A stretch of DNA of 64,000 nt, taken from NCBI RefSeq assembly GCF_006345805.1, contig NC_043013.1, forward strand, positions 26,536,001 to 26,600,000, in the 5' to 3' direction. The position numbers were made by a program, and so were the translations under genes. The stretch's first letter is position 1; each line of letters starts with the position of its first letter. The notes under the pieces were generated by a model, which saw only the letters and a list, made by a program, of their open reading frames with translations, ran no database searches and was not told the DNA's origin. Positions 52,131 to 64,000 of the stretch are shown piece after piece. Source of the DNA: Octopus sinensis. Its lineage: Eukaryota.

Positions 52131-52679
52131 ATACACAGATGTATATATATGTCTGTATTTATATATGTTTTACATGATTATTTCTTTTCTTACTCTGTGT
52201 CTATATCATGGAGCAATATCTGAAGTTCTGGTCCAGTTGATCAGTGGTCAAAATAGATAATGGCTATGTATTTCCCTATCTCTTAGCAATAACAGTTGTT
52301 CGTAAAATTCAAAGATGAACATGGGCCAGGTTTCGATTTGTTTGATTACACTATTTTGTTGCTTGAACGATTATATAGAGAAAATGTGAATAGAGACTGG
52401 GAGAATCCTTAGCATGGAACATATCTGTCTTTCTCTATATATCTATCCACACATAAACACATTTATTAATAATTAATTCTCTACTGTGAAATTTAAAATT
52501 TATTAAGAAAACACAATATCACTAATGATAGATACATTTCTATTTTTGTTTCTTTATTCTTTTGTTTTATGTTCTAACAAATTCGTTTTGTTCAGTTTTG
52601 TAGACATTGATATTCTGAAAATAAATATTAACCAAGAATTTATCAATTGTGGTTTTTTATTTGTACCCTATTAAAATAG

Positions 52680-53570
52680 TAATAATCATAAACTTATTGT
52701 ATACAGTGCTCTGGTAAAACTCATCATAAAAAGCAGCCAAAATGCCTGAACAGTATTCAGAATAATACACTGGAACTGAGTTGTTTGAGAGAGATTAAAA
52801 AAAAAAGGTGGTGGTGGTGGGGCATCAGTTGTAGAGTTGGTGAATTTCTGAGAGCATGGAAGGTTTGAAGGATGTAGTGTCCTCACAGCTAACAACTGAT
52901 GTGGGTAGTTTATGTCATGCTTCTGCAATTCTGAGCATGAAAAAATGTTCCTGAAAGCCATGAGTGCTGTGTTGTTTTCAGATTTTGTAAGCATGTCCAC
53001 GAGTGTTTGACATATGGAATTCAAAAAGGTGCCCAAGGTTGTTGTTGAAAAGATGGTGGATTGTCTTGTGGGTGTTTGCCAAGTCAGTATTGCTAGTTGG
53101 AACTTTAATGGGTCTGTGCCTAAAGAAGCAAGATGTTCAGAGTTTGGCAGATGCCTGATGGTGGGTATTCGTTTTGGTTGCATGTTTCTGAACAGTTTCC
53201 AAGCAATTAATATGCTGAGCAAGATAGTTCCAGACTGGTGATGCAGAGTGTGGATGTACAATAGTCATATGCAGCTTTAAATAGATAGATGGAGAGCAGC
53301 TGACAAAGGTCTTAACTAACTGATGCTAAGACACCCTCAGTCTTGACAATCTTAGCGATTTGGTTTGTCCAATGTAAATTGCTGTTGACAATAACATCCA
53401 GATCATGTTCACTAGCAGACTTCTTAAGATTGATGTTGTTGAGGAAGTATGTAAAAGCTGGGTTTTTCCTCCCAAAATACATGGTGGCACACTTTTCCGC
53501 AGCCAGCTTGAGTTGCCAGTCTGTGATCCATTGTTACATTGTTGCGTCCAGACCTATATTAGGAAAGATC
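52680..53570 (-). mobile_element. 5'-truncated CR1/L2-like LINE
   Basis: ORF 52686-53261 contains ...KRIPTIRHLPNSEHLASLG...; upstream DLGVLVS-type region; shared 3' UTR. Confidence 0.8.
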
Positions 53571-54714
53571 TATAGTGTATAGAAGCTGTTTGCTTATTAT
53601 ATATTTTTTTATGTATTCCTTAATTCTTTCTAACTATAGACACATGGCCTGAAATTTTAGGGGAAGGGCCTCACCAATTACATCGACCCCAGTGCTCAAC
53701 TGGTACTTATTTTATTGACCCTGAAAGGATGGAAGGAAAATTCAGCTTCAGTGGAATTTGAACTCAGAACATAAAACTGGAAAGTATAATTATAATTATT
53801 TCTGTTGTAGGCCCAAGGCTGATCAATGATAACAATCCCAGTGCTTGATTGATACTTATTTTGCAAACAAGAATGGTAAAGTCAATGTTGATGGGATTTA
53901 AACTCAGAACATAAAGTGGTAGAAATGTTGCAAAACATTTTGACATGCTAACAGTTTGCTAGCTCATCCTCTTTCTATTCCTTAATAATGCACCCTTTTC
54001 TTTTTATTTTATCTCTTCACTCCTCATTCTTATTACTAAATAAAAGCGATATAATCGAGATCCGCCTCGTTCATGCCAGCCCACATAGCACTAATGGTTT
54101 TCTTTCAGATATTCCTTCTCTTAGATGGACTGCTTTCCAGGCTGACGAGCTCCATTTACCTGTAAGCAACTGGTTTTGGGGCACCAGTAACCCATCCTTG
54201 CCCCTTCTGTCAGTATGAAGTAGTTCTGTGAGGCTAACATCTAGCCATCGAGCAGGTCAGGACACATCATATGTATTGCCTCAAATGTGCCTCCCCCGCC
54301 AACTTCAGTTTGCTGAGTTGGTTTCAGGCATCAGGCTATGCAAAGCCCTCAAATTCTGTTTCTGAGACTAGCTCAAGGCCATGCTGCTCCATTGACCCAA
54401 ATACCTGGGTGACAAACAAACCTGATGGATGATATCCGAGGTATTTGGAGTTGGAGCTTAACTTAATGCTCCACTGGTTCTGATTCTTGTGAAATAATTG
54501 AAAGTGTTTCTTTCATTTTGATAATTATTGTTAGGTATTTAAATTATGATGTAAATTTCAACATTTGATATTTTCAGGAAGCAATATTGTTATTGTAAAG
54601 GACTGTGTAGATAATTTCTAAATTTATTTTTAAAAAAATTTTGTTAAATTAATAAAAGACTAACCCAAGCCTCTTCCCTTGGCAGACTGGTAACCATAAT
54701 TGTTAACATGGTAG

Positions 54715-55850
54715 GTACAGGTATGACTGTATAGTTAAGAAGCTTGCTTATCAACCATGTGATCTTGAGTTCAATTCTACTGCTTAGCAACTTGAGCATG
54801 TGTCTTTTACTATAGCTCTCAGCTGATCAAAACCTTGTGAGAAGATTTGATAGTAACTGAAAGAAGCCCATTTTGTGTATATATGTGAAGGCACATGACT
54901 CAGTGGTTAGAGCATCAAGCTAACAATCATGAGGCAGTGAGTTTGATACCCAGACTGGGCTGTGTGTTGTGTTCTTGAGCAAGACACTTTATTTCACATT
55001 ACTCCAATCCACTCGGATGTAGAAATGAGTTGTGACATCACTGGTGCCAAGCTATATCAGCCTTTGCCTTTCCATTGGATAACATCGGTGGTGTGTAGAG
55101 GGGAGGCTGATATGCATGGGTGACTGCTGGTCTTCCATAAACAACCTTGCCCAGATTTGTGCCTCAGAGAGTAACTTTCTAGGTGCAACCTCATAGTCAT
55201 TCATAACCCAAGTGGGTCTTTACCCCATGTATATGTGTGTGTGTGCTCTTGTCTTGCCATCACATGATGATTGTAAATAAGTGTAATTGTCATAAAAGTG
55301 ATGTTGTTTGTTCCAGTCTTTCATGAAAAATGAATCTGGCCACAAGGAAATATTACCTTACTTGGAAACAGGTGAAGGTTGGTGACAGGAAGGATCATAG
55401 AAAATTTGCCTCAGCAAATTCCATCCAACTCATACAAGCATGGAAAAGTGGACATTAGATGATAATAAGGACGATGTGATATCTTTCCCACACTGGAGAG
55501 TAGAAGACACTTGCCCAAGGTTCCACTGCAAGGTACTTTGGGCAAGTGTCTTCTACTATAGCTCTGGGCTGACCAAAGCCTTGTAAGTGGATTTGGTAGA
55601 TGGAAACTGAAAGAAACCTGTTGTATATACATGTGTGTGTCTTTGTGTTTGTCCCCCACCATCACCACTTAACAACTGGAATTGGTGTGTCTGTATCCCT
55701 GTAACTTAGCGGTTCAGTAAAAGAGACTGATAGAATAAATACTAGGCTTAACAAATAAGTCCTGGGATCAATTCATTTGACTAAAAAACCCTTCAAGGTG
55801 GTGTTCCTGTATGGCTGCAGTCAAATGTCTGAAATGAATAAAATAATAGA
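54715..55850 (+). mobile_element. Cluster of tRNA-derived SINEs (~54715-54870, ~54885-55230, ~55500-55850)
   Basis: tRNA-like heads (gactcagtggttagagc...gagtttgatacc) and shared bodies. Confidence 0.65.
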
Positions 55851-56259
55851 AGAATAATGCCTATTTCTGACCCTTCGGACATCATTCTTTCCTCTCCCTT
55901 TCCCATCTCTATCTCAGTTAAATGCTTTAGCTACTGAGTGCTCTCGTACAAGCCTAAACCACTCTCTGTTCACAATGTAAGTTGTTGGCTAAATTAGCAG
56001 AGAAAGTTTAGGGTTGTGATGCCCCCCTAATCCTATCTCACTGAGGACTTTTCAACTTCTCTAATATTGGTGCCATGAGAACATGTACCCAGTACACTAT
56101 GTTAAGTAGTTGCCAAAAGGAAGTGCAGCCAGCTGTGAAAACGAAACTACATGACACGCATGAGCACCTAGTGCAGTGGTTCCCAACCTTCTCACTACCA
56201 AGGACCTCTTTTATTTAAATGAGTTTTCCTATGGACCCCTTTTAATATGCTTATCGTTA

Positions 56260-56298
<39 letters not shown>

Positions 56299-57883
56299 TA
56301 TATATGTATGTATACATATATGAAATTTTGAATTTTGTTCAGGGACCACAGGTTGGGAATCACTGACCTAGTGTTTGGAAGGTAGCTCAAACTGTGATGA
56401 CCCTTCCAAGCCCTGCCAGCATGGAAAATGAATATTAAAAGATGATGCTTGAGCAGCAGATACACAACCAGAGGGACAGTGACATTTATAGATGTGCAAC
56501 ATATTGCTGGAGGGACCTAAATTCAGTACTGAAACGAAGGAGCCATTTACTGTACAGTTATTATTTATACTAATTCTAAAATGCTAATGAATTTCTTGCA
56601 ATAGCCATGGAAATTCCAGTTTATAAATTATAAGATTGTTGGAAGTTTATAGAAAGCCGTGAAATACATAATTTCTTCTGAAGTTGTGATTTTTTCTGAA
56701 GTGTTTGATTCATGAGATGGTGTAAAGTCTTCAACTAATTTTTATTCAGTTTGCAGCTACCAATTCTACTCAAAAGGGCATTGGTCAGTACAAGGCCATT
56801 ATAGAACATACTTGTGCCGAGTGTCACACAAAGGGATAGAACTCAAAACCGTGTGGTTATGAAGTGAGTTCGATATCCTCGCACCTGTGCGTGTGTGTGT
56901 GTGTGTGTGTGGCTATTGGACGCTTGAACAGGGAGAAATCATAGATCTGCTTCATAAGGACTGGTATGGAACTAAATAATAACCTTGCTGTGTCTTGCCT
57001 CTCTGCTGAAATAATTGTTCTTACAGTTTGGTGTTCTTACTACAACATCAAGCTGTCAACCATGAAACTTTTTCTCAATAGTTTGTTTATAATTTAATTA
57101 AAGGAGACGAGGAGCGGGTGCTCCTGACGTTTCCATGTCATTCCAGGTTAGTGAACTCAGTGCTATTCATGTTCAGTTTGAATATGTGTTGAGTTCTGTT
57201 TGCAAGAAAAACACATCAGTGGGAGGGAGATCAGAGAACTGCTGTTGTGGGAAGACAGGACTGGGTAAAAATTTTTAATTAAAGTCTCAGAGGTTTGACA
57301 CAGCAGAGGCACTTGTGCTGTCATAACTGTAGCAACATTCTTAATCATATGAACATTAGACATCCAGTTGAGCCCATTTAATTATTGTGACTACATCATT
57401 TGCATATCCTCCACATTCATTGATCATGTTTCACCATCATATAGCACCACACTTTGTACACAAGCATCATAAAAACTGAGAGAGAAGCCCTTTGATGAAC
57501 ACGGAGGTAATACTTATCTGTGTGCATATTAAGATTTCATACATGTATCATTGTATATTTATTATTAAACACCACTTTTGTCATTTTGAAATACATTTTG
57601 AAATTATTATTGCAATTTATGCTGCAGTTGTAGTTTTAAATTGAATTAGGTGTGTCTGTGTGTACATGTGTGTATGTGCATGTGTGTGTGTGTATGCACA
57701 TGTGTATTGTATTTGTGTGTTTATAGATTTAGCAGTTATTTGTATCAGCTCCTATATATTTTTCTCTCCACCTTTCCTATTCTTCTTGTATATCTTCATA
57801 TTCTTTATTCAGAATGCATAATTTCCTCTCTAAGAATATTTCTAAATTTCAGTTCATATTGCAATATTGTACTGTGAGTTTAA

Positions 57884-58431
57884 CCCTTTTGTTACCATAT
57901 TTCTGTTGAGATGCTCTGTGTTTCTTTCAATTAATTTTAAATATAAGAAATAATTTAATAAAATAACTTAGTTATCATTCAGCTAGTGTTAGGAACATAA
58001 ATTGTGACTAAGGTTTGGTAGAAGGTTTTAATTCAAAACTTATGGAAACAAAACATTTGTACTACAGAGCCAGAGGCAGTTTCAGCTGGGTTGGTAACAA
58101 ACAGGTTAAATATAACAAAGAATCTAGTAAAATAACTTAGTTATCAGTTCTATATTTAAGAGATGAGGAATTATGTACATTATTTACAACTGACAGATAT
58201 TTGTCCTCATCTTGTTTGTTGTTAACACAATGTTTCAGCTGATATACCCTCCACCCTTCATCAGGTGCCTTGGGGAAATTTTAGTTATCATTAAGTTATC
58301 ATTAAGCTAGTGTTAAGAACATAAATTGTAACTAAGGTTTTGTGGAAGATTTTTAATTAAAAACTTATGAAAATAAGACATTTGTAGAACAGAGCCAGAG
58401 ATGGTTTCAGCTGGGTTGGTAATCAAAGGGG
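57884..58431 (+). mobile_element. piggyBac-type MITE with partial tandem duplication, interrupted by an insert
   Basis: TTAA|CCCTTTTG start; ends at 58105 and 58431 each followed by TTAA. Confidence 0.7.
58147..58280 (-). mobile_element. 134-bp hammerhead-bearing insert with 10-bp target-site duplication
   Basis: ttagttatca at 58137-46 and 58281-90; minus strand GCAC-CTGATGA-A-GGGTG...CAGCT-GAAA-CATT-GTGT. Confidence 0.7.
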
Positions 58432-59577
58432 TTAAGTTGGCAAGTTGGCAGAATTGTTAGCACATCGGGCAACATGCTTAGCAACATTTCATCCATCTTT
58501 ATATTCTGAGTTCAAATTCTGTTGAAATCAATTTTGCCTTTCATCTTCTCATGGTCGATAAAATAAATACCAGTTGATTACTGGGGTTGATGTAATTGAT
58601 TTACTCAGTTTCGCGAAATTGCTGGCCCTGTGCCAAAATTTGAAACCAATATTATACTGTGTGTTGGGTGAGTTGTTAAACCATCTGACTGAATGCTTTG
58701 CAGTATTTGTTCTACTTTTCTCACCACTGAGTTCAAATCTTGCTATGGTCAACTTTTGCTTTTATCCTTTTTGGGGTCTAAACTGAAGTACCAGTGAAAT
58801 AATAAAGTTAACTCCCATCTTTCTCTCTGGTGGGAACCAGTCATAATGTTCCTTACTCTAGCAATAGAGAAGGGTGGCACAAAGTCCTAGCAGTATCTTC
58901 TCATAGAATAACTGACATGACACTTGAAGCTATTCAAGGATGGACTAATGTACCGTAGGGAATGGAAGGGAAAGTAAGAAGAATAAGCATTCAAGATTAG
59001 CAGAAACAATGGTGAATGAAACAAAATACTCTTTTGGTGTTTAGTTATGATTATCTATATTTCAAGTTCGAATTTCTCCAGAATCGATTTTGACCTTCAT
59101 TGTACTAGAAATCAACCTCTTCCTCCTCACCATCATCATCATCATCCTTTAACATCGATTTTCCATGCTGGCATGGGTTGGACAGTTTGACCAGAGAGCC
59201 GTACCAGGTTCCAGTCTGTTTTGGTTTGGGTTCTATGGCTGGACACCCTACCTAATGCCAACCACTTTACGGGGTGTGCTGGGTGCTATTAACATTGCAC
59301 TGGCATAATTGCCATTTACGTGGCACCAGCACAGGACTCTTGAAGGTCAATCCTCTTCACCAGGTGGACTGACCTTAACACTTCTGCTGTGGAGAATGAG
59401 TCTTCTTGAGTACAGCAAGGTGTCAGGTATCTTGACCCTTTGTCATCTCATCCAAAAGGTTCAATGTTCTGAGGTCCAAGTACTGCATTCCCCTCCCCTC
59501 TATCTCTCACTTATCTTCTGCACTCTCATGAACTTACCTGCCCACTTAACCTATCCAGTCTTCTATCACTTCATATA

Positions 59578-60290
59578 TATAATAATAATGAAATTATTGT
59601 ATACAGTGCTCAGGTGCACCACAACTTGTTAAAAGTGCGTGTAAAGTATATGCAGTAATGTACAAATGTCTGGAAAGCAAACAGTGTATTAATCAGATAC
59701 ATGCTTGTGTGTGTATGTAGGGGAGAAAATCAGGTGTAGTGTTGGTGAATCTCAGGAAGCATGGAAGTTTTGAAGGATGCAGTGCTCCGACAACTAACAA
59801 CTGATGCTGGCAGTCTGTTCCATGCTTCAGCAACTCAGTGTGAAAAAATGTTTCCGAAAGTCATGGGAGCTGTGCTGTTTTATGACTTTGAAAACATGTC
59901 CACGGGTGTTAGACAGGTGGAGTTTGAAAAGGTGCTCAGAGTTATTGTTTGTAAGATAGTTAATAATTTTATGGGTGTCTGCCAAGTCAGCTGCCAGACG
60001 TCGGAGTTTCAATGTGTCCATGCCCAGGGAAGTAAGGCATTCAGAATATGGCAAATGCCTGATGGAGGGTATTCTCTTGGTTGCACGTTGCTGAACGGCT
60101 TCTAGACGATTAATATCCTGGGCAAGATAGGGGTTCCAGACCGGTGATGCAAATTCCAGGTGAGGTCGTACCATAGCTATTTAAAGCTGCAGATAGATAG
60201 CCGGAGAGCAGCTCACAAAGGACTTGGTGAGTGATGCCAAGACACCCTCAGCTTTCTTGGCAATTTTAGCAATGTGTTTTGTCAACGCAA
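59578..60290 (-). mobile_element. 5'-truncated CR1/L2-like LINE
   Basis: ORF 59827-60174 MVRPHLEFASPVWNPYLAQDINRLEAVQQRATKRIP...LRRLAADL is the C-terminal region of a CR1/L2 RT ORF. Confidence 0.88.
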
Positions 60291-60934
60291 ATCGCTGTCA
60301 ACAATTCCCTTGTATGCACCTTCCTGTAACTTGAGGGCACTCCCAACACATCTTCACTATCTTCTCTCTCTCTCTCTCCTTCCCTCCCTCCCTACCTCTC
60401 TCCCCCCTCCCTCTCTTTCCTCTTTCCTTTTCCCAATTAGGATAGCCATGTATCTCCTCTACAGCAAGGTACCTGTTTCTGTCCCCTTGTTCATACTCTA
60501 ACCTCTCATCACCTGGCACAAAGCCACTTTCCTCAATGCTACTCTCTCTCTCTCAGTTGAAAGATCTTGTCTTACAAGTTACTTTCTGACCCCAACTGCT
60601 GCTGGTGCCATGTATAAGAAAAGCACCCACTGCACTCTGTGAAAATGTTTGGCATTAGGAAGAGTAGCAAGCTGTAGTAACCATGTCAAAGCAGTTAGTA
60701 GAGTTGGATGCTGTCTTCTCACTTGCCAGCTCCTGGCAAACTGACCAACCCATGTCAGTATGGAAAATGGATGCTAAATGATGATGATGATGCTGCTGAT
60801 GGGATGATGATGATGATTGTGGCAGTGGCAGCAGTGTGTATGTATATATATATATGTTTTTTTTTTCAAAATGTAACCACTTGTGAATCATTGGCAATTT
60901 TTTTCTTCCATCTTCCTTTCTATTGGACTTTCCT

Positions 60935-60970
60935 CTGTTTCTGAAGAGGAGCTTTGCTTGAAACATTAAG
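60935..60970 (+). ncRNA. Minimal hammerhead-like motif, same family as 30121
   Basis: GTTT-CTGAAGA-G-GAGC(ttt)GCTT-GAAA-CATT-AAGC; downstream ctgag(c/t)gtc...gtcctc block shared with 30180 and 50115. Confidence 0.5.
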
Positions 60971-61068
60971 CCATCTTTCTTTCCTTCCCTGAGTGTCTGC
61001 TAATACTTTACATGTACCATGTCCTCACGTTGTTGTTTTTTGTGTTTGTTCTTTGTCTTTTTTGGATT

Positions 61069-61106
<38 letters not shown>

Positions 61107-61129
61107 ACATACATACATACATATATATA

Positions 61130-61189
<60 letters not shown>

Positions 61190-61807
61190 TCATGAAAAAT
61201 ATGAGGTCTCATACAGTTTCATCAAGGTCACCTTTATTTTCCATCCTTTCAGGTTTGGTAAAATACAACCAAATATAGAGATCACTAATAATTTGAAGCC
61301 TTGTGTAATTTCTTCAAAGAAAACCTTGCTTTTCATCCTTCCATGGTTGATAAATTAAAAATACCAGGATTGATAGATTCAACTTTTCCCTTTTCCTCTA
61401 AATTTGAGGCCCTTGTGCCTATGTTAAAAATCAATATTATACTGCCTAATGTTCTGTCTAACCTGAAGAATTTCTCCAGTTTAAGATGACAGGTTTGAAG
61501 TGTTCTGAAGACAGAATTATTGATCTTTATAGTTATGTGTAGGATGCAGTTTGAAAGATAAGGTTTTTTTTTTCCTTTTCTCATGGATGACTCAATATAA
61601 ACATGGATATCAGATAAGGATGTTTTATTTCTATGAACTGGCATGGAAAATATACAATTAAAAAAAATTCCCCACCAAAACCCCACACAAATAAATACAT
61701 ATTTTAAATACATGTATGTATGTATGTATGTATGTATGTATGTATTATACATATATTATTTATAAATATGTATATATATATATATATGTATATATGTTAT
61801 ATATATG

Positions 61808-61849
<42 letters not shown>

Positions 61850-62178
61850 ATAAATAAATATAAAAAAGCTTACTTATACAAGCAGAATATATTGAATATT
61901 TTATTACAAAATTTTGTGTGCTCGAACCTTTCAGGTGTAACAAAATATACTAAAACTAAAACATATCAAGAGTATTTTATTCATTTTTATAAAAAAAAAA
62001 GCAAACTAGTTTTTATATTATTTAAATATATTTTTAGACTGTTAGTCAAAGCAGTTTGATGGTTCTAACACAGACACACACACATGTATATAAAATACAC
62101 GTGTGTGTGAACAAATATGTATATATGCACACATACATATACATACATACATATACATACATACATACATACGTACGT

Positions 62179-62216
<38 letters not shown>

Positions 62217-62479
62217 TAATACTGTACTGTAACAAACATTTTTACATTTGCTATTCAAAATCATGAAACATTGAAGCAAGGGTTTTACTAGGATTTGTCT
62301 CTCTGAGTGGAAGTGGTAAATGTTGCTGCTGTTGTTGTTGTTGCTTTTGTTGCAGCTGCTGCCGCTGAATTTGTTGTTGGTTTGTGGGAATTAGCAGATG
62401 TTATTTTTAGGAATGTGACATGACTGATTAAAAAAAAAAAGGCCTTGTGTGTCATAAAACAAAGCTAATAAATACTAAA

Positions 62480-62481
62480 AT

Positions 62482-62516
<35 letters not shown>

Positions 62517-62612
62517 ACACTAACAACGACGACGAAGATGATGATGATGATGATGATAATAATAATGATAATAATATCAACAACACTGATGACTATGATG
62601 ACAATGGTGATA
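62480..62612 (+). repeat. Compound trinucleotide repeat (ACT)n-(AAC/GAC)-(GAT)n-(AAT)n
   Basis: Direct reading. Confidence 0.9.
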
Positions 62613-62639
62613 ATAACCAAATTATGAGTTTTAAGAGAA

Positions 62640-64000
62640 ATCTAAAGTGAATAAGTGAGCAAAGTAGTAAAGAGGTTGGATGAGCTCTTAAAGAAAATCT
62701 ATTTTGAAAATATAACAGATGTAAATAAACATTTCCTGTGTAGCCTCTCTCACTGTCGAATTTCTTGGAGGTCAAGCAAAAAAAAAAATGTTAATAACGG
62801 ATCAAAGTCCCATAGTGGAAATGGAGACTTGAGAACCAATTTGATCAACTTAGTTGAGATCTTGGAAGGATAGATATAATTTATAAAAAGATGGAGAAAG
62901 ATGAAAAAGATGACACAGAAACAAGTTTAGCAGAAACAAGGTATTCAGGAACAGTGAAAGGAAATTTTACCAATCACAGAATAATGAGAATGTACTTCTG
63001 AAGAATGAAGTGCCAAATAGTGAAGTAGCAAGAAACTTTTGGTTTAATTCTTGGTGCAATAAGGTTCATCATAACAGGGAAGTAGATTGGTTATGGAATT
63101 TTAAAAATGAAATGGAAAATAGATCAAAATAAGAAAAAATAAATATTACAGAAGAGAATATGGAAAAAATGTTTAAAATGAAACCAAATAGAAAAAGTCC
63201 TGGACCGAAAGGTGTTCAGAGATTCTGGTTTAAGAATCTCTTAAGCATATAATCATTCCTTACTGACTGTATATAAAATGGAAAAACCAGTGTGGATGAT
63301 AAAAGTAAGTACAGTGCTAATACAGAAGAACAAAGAAAAAGAAGGGTCAGTAATTATAGACCTATTCCATGCTTACCATTACTCTGGAAATTGCTAATCG
63401 GCCTCATAGTGTATAACTTTGAGAAGAAGAATCTATTAACAGAAGAGCAAAAGGGAGGCAGAAAGAAGTCAAGCGGAACTGCTGATCTGTAATAGATCAA
63501 TAGCATGATACTAAGTGAGGTACAAATAAAGAACCTGACTGTTGGGTGGATGGGCAACAAGAAAGCATGCAGTAATGTACCATACTGTTGGCTCTTGGAG
63601 TTCCTCTGAGGATATTCAGGATCAATGAGCAAGTTAACAGTTCTTTATAAGGAGTAATGAAATCATAGGAAGTAGAACTGAAAAATGGTAGAGAACCATT
63701 AGAGTGTGTGAAAACACAGGAAATGTATTTCAGGGAGACTTACTCTTTCCATTACTTTTTGTGATTGCATCAGTTTTACTGACAAGAATATTGAGAAAAT
63801 CCAGGCCTGCGTATATCTTTCTTGAGACCAAGGTGAAAATAAATCACCTGCTATATATATATATATATATGGATGACCTTAAACTGAGCACCAAAAATTA
63901 AAAAGGCCTAGATTCTCTTTTTCAGTCAATAAGAATAAGTATATGGGGAAATTAGGATAGAATTTTGGGATGAACAAGTGTGCAGTGTTGATTATGAAGA
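62640..64000 (+). pseudogene. Decayed R4/Dong-type non-LTR retrotransposon RT region (runs off the window)
   Basis: KSPGP.GVQRFWFK; NYRPIPCLPLLWKLLIG; EEQKGGRK; FQGDLLFPLLFV; INHLL(YIYI)YMDDLKL; stops and frameshifts. Confidence 0.85.

Noticed and set aside
62447-62650. Poly-T/N/D ORF
   Set aside because: Translation of a trinucleotide repeat

Overview
AT-rich animal genomic DNA with dense (TA)n fields and tRNA-derived SINEs; the repeat landscape looks like an octopus or other coleoid cephalopod (inference, not verified). One protein-coding gene is well supported: a + strand TAX1BP1/CALCOCO-family selective-autophagy receptor with 13 coding exons (27613-45069, 2508 nt, 835 aa by my exon sum). 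It runs SKICH domain, LIR-like segment, long coiled coil, YGNPY motif, then two C-terminal UBZ-type zinc fingers; a probable non-coding first exon lies near 20.0-20.2 kb. The rest is transposon debris: mariner, hAT/Buster, piggyBac-type MITEs, telomere-repeat MITEs, a Helitron, CR1-like and R4/Dong-like LINE fragments, Penelope-like remnants and many SINEs. The main unexplained structure is about 10 dispersed type I hammerhead-ribozyme-like motifs (CUGANGA...GAAA, palindromic helix III). Two have fully intact cores, several sit in the gene's introns, two are embedded in long inverted repeats, and one is in a 134-bp insert with a target-site duplication. There are also several long fold-back hairpins. 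Ribozyme activity, splicing and family names are inferred by eye; nothing was computed or searched.
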